Assembly (NCBI GenBank): GCA_973895155.1
Contig: OZ316896.1
Span: 17,100,754 to 17,164,753 of the forward strand
Length of the DNA: 64,000 bases
Direction: 5' to 3'
Source: Marsupella aquatica
Lineage: Eukaryota > Plantae > Marchantiophyta
A program made the translations under genes and the position numbers. Position 1 is the first letter of the stretch; every line of letters begins with the position of its first letter. Below, piece by piece: positions 12,176-25,045 of this stretch. The notes below the pieces were generated by a model. That model was not told the DNA's origin. It saw only the letters and a list, made by a program, of their open reading frames with translations, and ran no database searches.

Positions 12176-12682
12176 AAAAGACTTTATCGCATAAAAGATT
12201 TCATTTAGTAAAAGGTATTTGTTATACAAAGATGTCCTTAAACCACCAGTGTCTAAGGGGTTTGGGGACGGTAAAATAGAGCACAAATTTACTATTTTGA
12301 GCACCTTTTTTGGTTTATTTTCGTGACCTGGATCCACCAGCTTTTGCCTTGGGGACAGTGGCGCTTTAAGTGAAAGACATAGTTATACAAAAGATGTTGT
12401 TAAGTAAAAGATGATGTTATATATATATAAAAGATATCATTGTACAACAGATGTCATTGTGTACCTCATTGCACAAAAGATGTTGCAGATGGAAAGACGT
12501 CAATTAAGCCAAAGACATTGTTGCGGAAATGACATTCTGTGCAAAAACCATCTAGTTTTGCAAATGATGCACTAGAGGAAAAGATGTCGTTGAGAAAATG
12601 TTGTTGTGCAAAAGATTTTGTTTGCCCAAAAGATCTTATTGTGCAAAAAAATGTTGTCAGTAAATATGTCATTGGACAAAAG
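12176..12682. repeat. Degenerate ~17-18-bp minisatellite (consensus ~AAAAGATGTYRTTGTGC)
   Basis: Many imperfect AAAGA(T/C)-led units are visible, interrupted by a 124-bp insertion at 12242-12365. Confidence 0.6.
12242..12365. mobile_element. Small TIR element with TTAA target duplication (Kolobok- or piggyBac-type MITE candidate)
   Basis: TTAA at 12238-12241 and 12366-12369. Left end ACCACCAGTGTC versus reverse-complemented right end AGCGCCACTGTC (9/12 identical). Confidence 0.4.
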
Positions 12683-13319
12683 AGGGGAGACTGCAGCCAC
12701 AGAAGTACTAAAATAGTTTTCTCCTTGGTTTTTTGCATTTAAACCCTAACCCCCTTTTTCCCAATTTTTCACTATTTTTGTCTTATCTTTTTCTCATCTG
12801 CCCTCCCTCCCTGCAGTCCCCCCTTGCTACCCCCCACACCAGGTGTGACCTTGTGCAACACCTCGCCATCGGCACCCGTGCCACATCTTTGATAAAACAT
12901 TGAAGTTCTTTGGTAGTTTCAGGCTAGAACCAGTTGGTCTATCTGGATATTCACTTCGTTCATTCCACCATTCAACTAAATGTAAGCATACTTTTACAAT
13001 TGAGAGACCAAAGCTCCAATGGACCAAGAAGTTGTCCTTACCTATCCCAGGACTTCATAAAGTCATCAGCCAGTTTACAGATAACAAAAGAGACTTGGTA
13101 AGGCTGGATTTTTGGGAAGGCGTTTCATTTTTGTGAAGGCCACTCTAAGTATTTTGGGCTTAGCAGGGAAGGATGCCAGTTTTTATTTTTATTTTTATGC
13201 CACAGACATTATTCAAGACGTCATTCCGTAGCGTAAAGACTTTCCTGACTTTTCTCTTTGTACATTTGAGTGCATTAATTCTCCATAATGCACCCCTTTT
13301 TTTGAGGGAGTGGACTATT

Positions 13320-13655
13320 CAAAACACCATAAATATAGTAAAAGTAAAAATTAAATATAGTTTTACCATAAAAATAATAATTGAATTTAGTCAAGATCTC
13401 AAGATGATAACCAAATCTTATATGGTGATACTAACAAAATATCTATGAATAGAATCTAATATAACTAAAGAAAGTATATTTTCGGCCAATTCCATAGCAA
13501 CCACTTCTTGGATGACCCTTTAATTTGAATTTTCTATTTCGGGGATTCACTTTTTCTTGTTTGTTATCGAAAAATCACTCAAGTTTCTACGTACATTAAT
13601 GTCCTAGTTACGGGCATTATATCCCACAATGCCCTCTAACCAGGACATTATCCTA
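13320..13655. repeat. Dispersed repeat, copy 1 (copy 2 at ~48850-49165), ending in a TGTCCTRGTTA-bounded hairpin
   Basis: Shared blocks such as catagcaacca.ttcttg.atg.cccttta and aaaatcactcaa...tacattaatgtcctagttac...aatgccctctaaccaggacattatc. Confidence 0.65.
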
Positions 13656-14503
13656 TTCAAAAGACGCCCTGAGTATGGTGTACAAAACACCACTAAACTT
13701 GGTCCTCACAGAGATTGAGATAGGGCAATCACAAGTCCCCTTCCAGCACCAACAGCTGATGCTATAGAACACTGGGTAAACTAATTGAAACAGGCTGCAA
13801 ACAGCAGTTGGGAGACGGCTTACAGGTCACATTTGAGTTGAAAGTGTAAAAGGTGCTATTCGAGCCTACTTAGGCTTTCTGAGAGAGTCTATCCAAGCTT
13901 TGTCAGTCCCATGGGGGCTTAAGAGACAACATGCCAGTCCATCCAGGCTTCCACAATTGAAACTGCACAAAAAATTAAAGGGGTAGAAGAAACTAATAAA
14001 TTGTGAAAAATTAGGAGGAGATACATTGTCTAAAGGAGATTGACAGAAATGTGTACAGGAAAGTAGATGAATATGTCACCTTTCAGAGTGTACATTGGTT
14101 CGTCCCAATTTGTTAAGATCATGTCTTTCAGGCACACTGGAGGTGAAAGATGATCATTCAATTGAGATTTCAGTGAATTTCACAGAGATCATGGACAGCG
14201 TTTGCTTTGTGGGCCTGGATGATGGTGAATGCTGCATCCCTTTGTGTTTCATGGAGAAGAGGTTAATAGAAAGTCACAGATCATCACGAATTCTTGGCCT
14301 CATGAATTACTGGAGTTGGTCATCAGTCAGAAGAGAGGAGAGAACATGTCCAACGATCAGAATTGTCTCCTTTTCTATCATCAGTGGAGATGCTGCCAAA
14401 TAAATCGATCACCCAGTTGAATTGATCGAACTGATTGATACCTCAAAGAAGCAGATCGATTGTCCGTTCTGTTGGTTAGAGGAACGCGTATCTAACCACC
14501 ACA

Positions 14504-17500
14504 ATGGACGCCAGACGCGAGATTGTACATAGAGAAAGAATTGCTGACATCGAGTTCAAGATCTCTCGTCTAGGTATGTTCATAATCTGCGGCCCTCACT
14601 CACTGTTTAGCGTATTGTTTTTCTTTACATGAAGACTCTCAGACGTGGAAAAGAATTGCCCACCACAGCGCTACAGTCCTCATGTCAGCCCCTTCATATC
14701 GAAAGGAAGCAAAAAATTCGCCACCCTCACGGATTTTTCTGCATAAACTTCCGATGACGTTATTTTCGGGGACAAGAAGAGAAACCTTTCTCGCACAGAT
14801 GAAATTGGATACATTCGCTGCCATGATCACCTCAATATCAGGTGGGAATGCAAATGTTCAATTAGTAACGCATCGACGAGATGGACGGCCTAGAGAATCA
14901 TCCACATTCCCTAAACATCAGGCCAATCGATCCGTCGATACTTACACTAGTGATGAGGAAGGGAACTGAGAACGGGCAAATCTCTAAAATCAGGGTTTCA
15001 TCCCCATAGTTTCATGTAATATATGGCGACGACATCAAGAGACGAGGTTGTGCCTGGACTGAATTTGAACTGGTATTGGGTTACAAATTTGAGTTTTGTG
15101 CAAATTCTAGAACGGTGGTCAAATCAACAATCCTTGACCTGGAGAAGTGAGAAATGTTTTAGACTTGAAATCAGGCCACTTCATCTCATGTGCCCTAGAT
15201 ATCAGCTGGGAGTCCTGATGAACTGGAGGAAGTATGAGATTTCCATCTCTAGAAGACCAATGTTCCCAATGATATGAAATTCAACCCCAACATCTTACAA
15301 TCCAATACGACGTGAAGAAGAGTTTGTCTCCATTACATGTTTCATTATCAATTTCTCTTCCATTTGCGTGTAGTGCACATGAGAGAAGGTTCACAAGCTA
15401 GGTAACACAAAAAAGCTTCTAGACATAATACCTGATTGTGAGAAGCACGAGAGAATCATGGTGCCCTTCTAGTTTCCTCCCAAAAGCTGAAATGCAATTA
15501 TCCTCCCTATCCCGATACTTGTTTTCAAATTAGTTCTTAGTGAATCCAAGAGTGTCTTGAACGTAGCAAGCGTTGGAAGATGTAATCAATAGTTGTAGAG
15601 AAAATGAAAGGAATCCAACCGAGAAGTAGAAAGTTGCCGATGCCACTTTAATATCAATCCTACTATGGGAAATTTTATATAACGTTATGGGACAGTTCAC
15701 TTGCGAAGCTAGTAGATGCAACAAATCTTCATATCATTAGCTTCACCCAATTCATCATGAGTTCGGCTAGATGCTTGAAAATTCACACTAGAAAATGCGG
15801 ATTTGAAATACATTAGCCAATCCCTTTCACCTCTTGTGCACTATAGTTCCATTGAAAGCGCGAGACTAGATTGAGGATCCAAGACTCATTTCGTACTATC
15901 AGGAATTGCTCCTACCTACTACTGTACACATCTCTCGGGCCGGAGACACAATTTTGAGCCAAACTGGCTGCACTTAGAAATATGAATTTGAGGGGTCTCT
16001 TAATTACCACTGGATCTCAAATTAGTGGCCAGGACGTGAACAATTGACCATTCAATGAAGTTACTCGATGAGAAGTCGTAAGAAAATTGGCTTTTATACA
16101 ACGTAGCTGTCACTTCTCTCCTGATACATGAATTTGAGTAATGAGGGCCTCCCGGCCTGTTCACGACGACTACGCTAGAGAAAATGAGATTCAAACATTG
16201 TAACTGTGATTCACTTGCTTTCAATTGGTTCCTAGGCATTCTGGGAAAGGAGTACTATGATCTGGCTCAAATCAAGCTGAAGAGACATCGAACTCAAATC
16301 TCGATAGCAAGAACCCAGAACGCGCTGTTACATGCAGCTCTGAGCACATTGAGAGAAAAGGATAGGATAGCTCGAAAGAATGCTGGCGATCTTGAAAACT
16401 TGCGGAAAAAAGCTGTCTCTCTACGAGTTCATTTTGATCATCAAAGACAACGAGTCTTTAAGCGGCAAAGAAAAGTGCGTTCTCCACGCAAACTCTTTGA
16501 ACTTCATCGTCCAAGTTCGATCTAATAATGTAAGTGTAAAGAACTAGTAAAGATTTCACCGTTAAGTGATCATCTTAGGAGCTAGTAATGTACTAGATGA
16601 ACACTTGTTGGCACACTAGATGATGACTTGTTCTCAACTCATCAGACAACTATCACTTCGAATGTCGAATTTTGTGATAGTATTGTCCAATCGAGTCAAG
16701 TAAAACTGAAAGATAAAGAGTATGATTGTAAGTTTCCGCGAAACTCTCCTGAACTGAAGTATGGTAAAGGATGATAGAAGTAAGTATGCAGTATAATTGT
16801 AAGTCACGAAATTTAAGATGAGGAGACAACTGAACTATGGAACAGTTGGAGTGGCAAATTACTGGCACACACGCAGCCGAGCTGGAGTGTGCTGGAGTGC
16901 TGGATCCCAACACATCTCCAGAGTTGGTAATTCGGTCATTAGAGTCCAAGCTCGCTCGCGTACATATGAAAATGCACGATGTACAAATATTGATGAAACA
17001 CTACGAAGGAACTCTGCTACCACTGAGAGACGAGTGGACTCTCTATGATGCCAAGGTGAGATGCTCCTGATAGTTGCTACTCCGACTGCTGCCTGAACTT
17101 CGAATATAATTTCCAACACAATTGCGTCAGCTTAGTTATGATTGAGACACATTCAAGACTTTAGCTGTGATCTCATTTTTGCCATGTCCTGGCGCATGAT
17201 GGCCCTTTTGACATTTTGTTTCATGTGTTTCCTAGTCATCTACTGCTTTTTTTGTGGGTTGACTTCAATACATTTAGTACAGTTTCACGTTAATTTTCTT
17301 TTAAACCAAAAGGCTTTTAGTTGGTTGTCACTGGCTATTAACACTGCACAATAAATAGTGCACAGCTTTTCAGTGGTAGTAAGGATAGGTTCTTGCAACT
17401 TGAAAAGGCGAAAATCGTTGATGTAAGATATGACATGCTCAAATTGAATATCATGTGTTTAAAATAAATGTGCAGTGGCCCTTGCCACTATAGTTCGAAC

Positions 17501-20500
17501 AGGTGAATGAAGCAAGTAAGACGTTTAGTAAGTATGCGAACAAGCGAGGAATTTACTTTCAGCTAATAAAACTTCTAAATCATGTTTCTACTCCACATAC
17601 AGCTTGCGACTCTCCAGGTCCTTGTAAATATCAAGAACCACGAATGTGAGTTGCTGATCAATACGCATCATGATGCTATTAGAGCACGTGATGCTGCCAA
17701 AATTGAGCTTGAAGAGGTAGGTGAGATGTTGAAATTCCCTACACATGATCTCTCAAACGTTTCTTTAAAAACGGCATACACCCTGAGCTTACGCTGTACC
17801 TTAGTAGAAACAATTATTTAATGTATATTTTTTCTGTAGCGTCACCTGATTTCTGAAGTTTGATTTCAAGGTAGTAGGTTTGCTTTAAGAGCTGGGACTC
17901 TTTTAAAAGTTGCAAGAAAATTAGTCTATCTGGCTTAGTTGCCTACCAACTAGTTTCTTAGTTCTTGTAGTCTCCATTTATTCATATTTAGGGGATGACT
18001 TGACCATGGCGACAGTACAATGTCACCTCTGCTTGATATTAGGCGTTCAAATTTCTAAGGAACTGTTCGCTTCAACATGGCACCTAACTAGAAAATAGCA
18101 CACAACTTATGATTCAAGACGAAGGTATCTTGAATTGAGTGGCATTTCAACAGAAGTGGATATGATGGGTTCTCGTGGATAAATGAGTTATTGTTGACAC
18201 CCGTTATACACATTCACATTTCAGATCACTGTATGAATAGCTCGATTCCACTAACATTTTCGCTTTCTTTGTTACCAGCTATTGGCATTCCTCGTTGGCT
18301 ATAACAAGAAGGTATGCTCGGGTTTTCACCGGGGAAAACTAATAGCTCTGAAATTTAGTTATATCGTCTCCATTAATATATTGAATCATCCTCCAGGTTA
18401 CTGTTCAAGTGAAGTTGTTTTAATATTTCAAATCTTCAGGATATTCAGTCTTCTATATCTAAAGAATGCATGATATTTACGGTGAGCTGTTGTACCCCAA
18501 ACGGCGCCTGGCACCACTGTCATGTGCCAGACTTAAACATTGCTATCTGTAAGTAGTAAGTAGACATGTGCTTTCATTTTCCCAAGATCAGACGAATGTT
18601 CTCCTATGTTCAGTGACGCTACCGAACCTGTTCATAAAGAGAAGGAGAATAGGGTGCACACACTGAGAAAAATTTTGATTATATATCAGGGAATCATCTC
18701 TCCAGAGTTGAGACTGAAGATTTTGAGAGCAATTAAGGAGATCAAGTCTGTCATGGACGTGGAAAGCATGAGAGAAATGTACCACCAATTTTTAGTGCAA
18801 GAAAAGCAAAGCTCATACCTCGAATCAATTTACGAGGAGATGAGCCGGACGCTCGACCTAATGAGGGATGATGAATATCGGCCTCGCAGAGTACGTCGAA
18901 CTCTCACCGGTGTTACTCTAGAGTCCATAGACTTGTGTTGCAAATCAAAAACGAGTCTTCACTTGTACGCACTGTGGGAGCAGCCACAGATACCTGGATA
19001 ATCCAGTAACCGACTTAATGAACAATTCGTACTAAGCATTCAAGTATTCTCATCTTGTGGCAATTCCACCTTCAACAACTGAATTGCTATTGCTTACTAC
19101 TCTGCTCCATGAATCCCCCACAAAGCAAGTGCATTCGTGAATTGGATTCGAGCTCTTGACACGAGGAGTTATCAAACAACCTTTATCCCTCAACAGCTTC
19201 AACATACTATTGTCAAGATTCGATTCCACTGTTGTTTATTAAGCACTGCTTCATAACATAATTAAGATGCAATTTGTTTATTTTCAAACTCTGCTAAGAA
19301 TGTAAATGGACCGGCTGCGTCATGATTTATTTTGGATTTTGGATTTCGATCGTTGTCAAAGCTAGAAAAGAGAGAACGGAAAATAATCCATAAGTGAATT
19401 AGACAGGTGACTTGATTTGCACTTCATGCCTTGGTTGGATCCGTGTTGCTGTGTTCATTGTTGTCCATTTTAGATTTTACGAACTAGTGGCTAAACAGTG
19501 GGCTAATAGTCAGTGCTTGTGGGACTCTATCAAAACAGAGAAAGAGTAGCATAAAGGACAGAGACTACGCGGAGCGTATCATCGAAGGTACTACAATGAT
19601 AGTTCGGAGACAATCTGAATGGAGGGGTTCACTGCCGTTGCTTCAAATTCTTGAAAGTACCAAAAGCCTTGTGAATAGGCTCCACGAAGGACAGTTTACC
19701 TTGGTAAGGTCCTTTGTGATGGCGCACAGACTCTGAGTTCCACAGTCCAATTCATGCTTTACTATGGCAGTACCATTAGCTAACACGACCTGAGAAGAAT
19801 TCAAAACTAATTGCTGCTAGCAATATCGACAGTGAAGCCTTAGTTCAGTCTCACGAGGCATCTGATGATACTTTGATTTCTTAAATCTTCGATATTTTAT
19901 TTTATGTCCATTTGTGCTAGTGCTTCATTAAAATCTTTAGACTGTAAATGAATCTCCAAATACTGTCAGGATTCGCACGACCATGGCACCACCTTTCCCT
20001 TTTGCTTTTTGACTTCTCTTAGCTTCGCTGTCCAATACATGAGGAACCCTTATCTAAGACTGCGTGTGTTTGTTGCATATCCCTTGCAGACGTCAGATCA
20101 CACTATTCAGAAAGAAATTTTAGAGAAGTGCAAGGTGTCCATGATTCAAATCCTTCAGGTAAAGTAAAATAAGTATTCCTCTTTAGAAAGGACTCGAGCT
20201 ATCAAATTGTCGATTTGACGATTGTGTGTTGACATGAACAATTCTCAAAGTCATGTTATAGCTAGTACTGTCTCAATTTTGAATTTAGCTTACTTTCTAG
20301 AATCGTCCGTCCCATTCTGCAGTCAGTTCAGGGAATTTAGTCATGCTCAGTCGATTATTCAGCTAGTGTGCTTGTGAAAAGATAGAATTACTGACTATTA
20401 TCATGGTTTATCAGTCCTTGTACGGACAATTGAAAAAGAGGCACAAACAAGCTGTGAGGAGAGCTGAATATGAAGCGAAGGAAGCTGCACACTGGGCAAA

Positions 20501-22400
20501 GGAAGAGGCTGAGGTTGCAAGAAAGAAAGTTGCAGCGGAAGTGGCTAGACGGAAGTACGAGGAGAGAGCTGCTGCGAGGGAAGCCCAACGGCAGGAAGAG
20601 GAAGCACAACGGGAGAAAGAGAAAGCACTCCGCCAGATGATGGAAGAGTCCGAAGAAGCGGCAGATGATATGGAGGAAGAATCCCAATCACGACTTGATG
20701 ACCCTTCAGACCTTCCAGAGGACATGACCCAGCAGGAGACTGACAACACCGTTTCAAGTGCGGATCAAGACGTGGATTATTCACATGATCAACATGCCAA
20801 AGAAACAGAGGCAGATGAGATGGCAGCTGCAACAGTAATCTTCCTACCCAGTTTCACACAACCTCCTCCAGATGACAGAGAAGTTGCAAGGAGAGGAAGT
20901 ACCACAGTCTCTTCTAGCGATGAAAGTGAAGCGAAAATAGAGAGATCTGCGGATCCGGGCCCTACTGCTGTCATGTCAGATGATGAAAGTATAGGAGGAA
21001 CAAGCACAGTGGACGATGGAAGAGAGTCCGGTAGGTCCACTCCATCAAAAAAAACAGGAGCACCAACTGTAAGTAGCAGATTTGGACGTGCTACAACTTT
21101 CACAGAAACTAGAGCACATCCTGTAAGCAGCAAACTTGGGCGTGCTGTGACTTTTACAGAAACCTTCCGACCACCTACTGTAAGTAGTAGAATTGCTAAG
21201 TCTCCGGACGTGGAACCGCATCCAGTGACACCCACGGAACCAGCTCATTCAGGGGATTCCAAGGAGGGCATTCGGGTAACGAGTGAAGAAAAGTCGATCG
21301 CATCAACCCCAGCAGCCGAATTAATGTATGAAGGAGGAGCCAGTGTTGACAGTGCGGTTGAGACTAGTGACGAGGTTTCAACAACAGAGGTTCCGACATC
21401 AGGGTCCGCAATTGGTGCTCGTGATAAGACTGCATCTCCAGAACTTGCTCAGATTGGAGAATTCCCTCCTTTGGCAATTGACGTCCACAGTACAACTATT
21501 TCAGAGGATAGTCCACTTAAGGCAGTTAGCCTAACAAGTGAGACAGTACAAAGCTCGTCAGAAGAGGGCCTCAGCTCAGCAGACGTGTCGAGTGATGTGA
21601 CTATAGAAGCGTTACTGCCAAGATCTCCAAGTGGAGCACCAGTTGCATCAGGCTGGGGAACTGGAGAAAAGACACCCTCCCCAGATTCTGTATCAGTTGA
21701 TGAGAGTTTACCTCAGAGCTTATCGAGGTCTCCAAGTCTTCCTAGATCTCCAAGTGGAGCACCAATAGCAACGCAATACCCATTTGGCATGCATGGCGAC
21801 GAGAGTGTTATACCACACATACCCCCGGACGAAATTGCAGCAACAGGAAGTTCAGGTGATGTCCTCTTAAGGGAGTCCGAATCAGGTGCTGAAATCCTGC
21901 CAAGCTCGGGGGAAGGACCAGAACTGCGAGGAGCAAAAGTGCCCGTTGCAGAATTGTTGCCAAGCACTCCAGAAGATATGCCAGGCGCAGCGAGGACAAG
22001 TAGTTCCCGAGGGAAAGGAGTTGCAGCAGAAGAGAGTGTAGAACAGAGCCCAAGAATACCAGAAACGAGGTTGACAAGGTCTCCTAGTGGAGCACCAATA
22101 GCTTCAATATGGCCAGAACAAGGAGCAAAGGTCGCCTCTCCAGACATTTTGTCGCTTGATGAGAGCTTGCAGCCACAAACATGTGGAGGACTACGGTCTC
22201 CAAATGTAGAACTGCCTAGATCTCCAAGTGGTGCACCCGTAGCAACAGCAGTCAAGTTTCCATTTGGTTCAAGTTTTTCCGAGACGTCGTCCCCTGCCGG
22301 AACTTCAGGTACCGGCAGGTCACCAATAGGCACCGCAAGACTGCCGTCTGAGACGGGTACTGAACCAGGGGCACCAGGAACCAGTGATCCTCAGAAGTAG
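14504..22400 (+). CDS. Coiled-coil protein resembling CCDC151/ODA10 (outer dynein arm docking/assembly family), with a long S/P/E/T-rich repeat tail, ~1039 aa
   Basis: Phase-consistent GT-AG exons 14504-14573, 16236-16474, 16846-17055, 17603-17716, 18279-18311, (18440-18481 optional), 18690-18890, 19539-19703, 20090-20158 and 20382-22400. Segments IRSLESKLARVHMKMHDVQILMKHYEGTLLPLRDEWTLYDAKLATLQVLVNIKNHECELLINTHHDAIRARDAAKIEL and AIKEIKSVMDVESMREMYHQFLVQE follow the remembered CCDC151/ODA10 pattern. The gene model is stronger than the family call. Confidence 0.7.
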
Positions 22401-23079
22401 AGAAAGCAAGAGAGTGAACTTCAAACGAAATCTGGCAGCAACAAGAACACCTTAAAATTCATACAAGGAGTATTAGGAAAAAGCACTGTTCTGCAGACCA
22501 AGAGGTGAATCCCGTTATATACTGTGACCCACAGTCTATGTACCCAATGAACTAGGAATAATCCTGAAAACCTCCAGAATTCATACTAAACGCACAGGAG
22601 TCGAGCTTTGATCAAAGAAAGACGCCAAAAACCAACAGGATCCATCAATAAATGTGGATCAACTTGCGAGATGAAATCGATCGAAAGGTTCCACTAATTG
22701 GGTTTCTTGGGTATCAGGCAACCTGATCCAGCAGGGTGATCAAAATGCACTTGCTGACGAACATGAATTGAACCTGCGATCGAGAACTATTCTTCCAATG
22801 AGATTCTGATCAATTGCCTCCAAGTGGTCTCAACTTGTTTTCCTCAGGTATGAAATTTCGATTGGTGATTGACGCACTGGATCATAAATCGTGTATGCAA
22901 CCTGTAATTGATTTGAGTAATTAAAGAAGCTCGATTCCAAGTGTTGGGTTGTTGTGAAGTCTGTCGCGACAATGTTACATCGGACTAGAGTCGCTCCTAA
23001 ACTGCTTCACTTCAGATGACAAGGACGCCACCAAAGCACATTGAGACAGTAACTTCGATTACAATGATGATCACCGAAG

Positions 23080-23322
23080 CTAACTAGAAACCGTCGGAGT
23101 CATCGGATCAAATGGATCTTCAGGTAATAACTTATCCTTGCGACATTCGTTAAAGTATCGCTTTAACTTCGTACAGTTCTTCAAGAGCTTGTCGACTGCA
23201 TTGTAATAGTAATCTCCTTCGTAGATTTCTGGCAGGTCCGTTAGTTCGACCGCATTGTAATAGTGATCTCCTTCGTACATTTCTGGCAGGTCTGTTAATT
23301 TTAGTTTCAACTCCAGTTTCAT
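23080..23322 (-). CDS. Small orphan ORF (80 aa) with an 18-aa tandem repeat; possibly part of a longer gene or pseudogene starting at 23508
   Basis: 54-bp duplication at 23192-23299 encoding LTDLPE[MI]YEGD[HY]YYNAV. 3 of 5 differences between copies are synonymous in this frame. There is an upstream in-frame ATG at 23508 and a TATA-like motif near 23550. Confidence 0.3.
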   Translation of the reverse strand: MKLELKLKLTDLPEMYEGDHYYNAVELTDLPEIYEGDYYYNAVDKLLKNCTKLKRYFNECRKDKLLPEDPFDPMTPTVSS

Positions 23323-25045
23323 TCAGGAATGATTTAGCATAGTGACAGATATTTGATTCATAACATTTGATCCGAGATCTAAGTACGATTGCTATTTTGT
23401 TTTGGGGGGGAAACAAGACACAACCGTCAGGGTTCTAAGAAGATCTGTAAATTTCAACACAATATTGATCCATTTGTCTTCTGAATCAGCTTGACGATGT
23501 GGCGACATGATTAGATTTTGGCGTCACGAGGCAGCGTATTCCTTTGCCTTATAAATGGATGCCGCAACCGAGAGTCATTGGTAATTCCGAGGTGATTACT
23601 GCATTATTATTATACACGAAGCGTTCGTAGTCCAGGCAGCAAATAAGCTCTGAACTAAGTGTTTGTAAACGTATCTCGAATTTAAGCAAAACTCTGTTTG
23701 TTCCGCCTAGAAATTCTGGACTCTGGTATATTTCTCAGTCAATGAAATGGAATAGAGTTCAAATGTGCTCGTCCAGTAAAACATTTCACTAGTATGGGAA
23801 CGTTTGACAAGTAGCTCAATTTGAAAGTAGCATACATGGAATGTGGTCTTACATGGAACGTCTGTAGTGTCCACTGGTGCTAGTTAAATTGCTATTTGAA
23901 CCATGTCCAACTCAAAGCGAATTCCAGTGTTTCCGTAGCAGGCACAGTACGAGGCAATAGTATAACATTACCCATCAGATTACCGTACTTGGGCATCTAA
24001 GAAGGTGAGGAGAAGTACAACTCCATCTTGAAATATGCAATTTGTGCATGGACCGTCGAGTGACTTCATTTCAAACGATTGTGGAATGTAGTCATCTAAC
24101 TTGTAGTGAAATATATGATGAATTCAAATGGATCTGAGATCGTTCATGTCTCATGTGTGCGATTTCCTACTTTGCAGAAGATCTCAGCTCTGCAATATTT
24201 TTTAACCAACTTGTTATTATGGACAGCATCGTTTCCTGGTAACAAGTACTGGGTTCCCTGAATCAAAGTCTAAACACTGGCAGATCCCAATCACATCAAT
24301 CAAACATCGACAGTCCCAAATCGCGAATCACTTCAAACTTCAAGATCTTTGGCCATGAATCAAAAGTATGGAGCATCGAGAGTTTCCCAATCACTTAAAA
24401 TCGAATTGTGGAACATCGACAGCAAGTTCCCAAGATTCGCGATTCACTCCAAATTTCAAGATCGCTGAACATGCGCACAACAAGTTGCGCAGAGTACCCA
24501 AGATACCAACTCAAGATGATAAACAGATGTAGCTCAAGAAGGATGTGCATGCAAGTCATGATTCAACTGTAAATGAATCGTGGACTGAAGCAAAACAAGT
24601 ATAAGCTGAGAGTATATCGAGTGTAACATGAACTTTATTATACTTGGATGGGCATACAGATCACGATAACAGTTACTTGCTCATGGCCCTCAACTCGTGC
24701 TCCAAGTGAACAAGCTAGGTACCACCCATAACTGACAGCTCTTTCAATAAATGGAGCTTTGAATTAAAAAATAGGACCGCTGCAGTTGCGTGCAATGGTT
24801 TCGCAAACCCAGATGCAGGCAGGGAAAATTTCGTATGCTTGATGGACATTCCTGAAGATTCAGGTTCTATACATGGCACTTGTGGGGAGGAGGCAACGTA
24901 ATGGGTGCTGCTCGGCCCAATCTGCTGTGAAAGAAACTTCACCATATAAACAAGTTATTGTACAAAATGAATAGCTGCATCCAAATGAGATGCAGTTCGC
25001 CAATCTCCGAGAGGGATACAACCCCAGTCCTCTAGCATTGGAGAT

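Noticed and set aside
12741-12753. Telomere-like AAACCCTAACCC (also GGGTTTAGGG at ~32296)
   Set aside because: Only one or two units each, not an interstitial telomeric array.
14639-15724. ORFs inside intron 1 of the coiled-coil gene
   Set aside because: Exon 1 joins 16236 in correct phase without them, and they have no recognisable products.
21621-22238. RSPSGAP as canonical 14-3-3 sites
   Set aside because: The proline is at +3 from the second serine, not +2 as in RSxpSxP.
20388-22333. Long antisense ORFs (up to 206 aa)
   Set aside because: These are shadows of the low-complexity sense exon.
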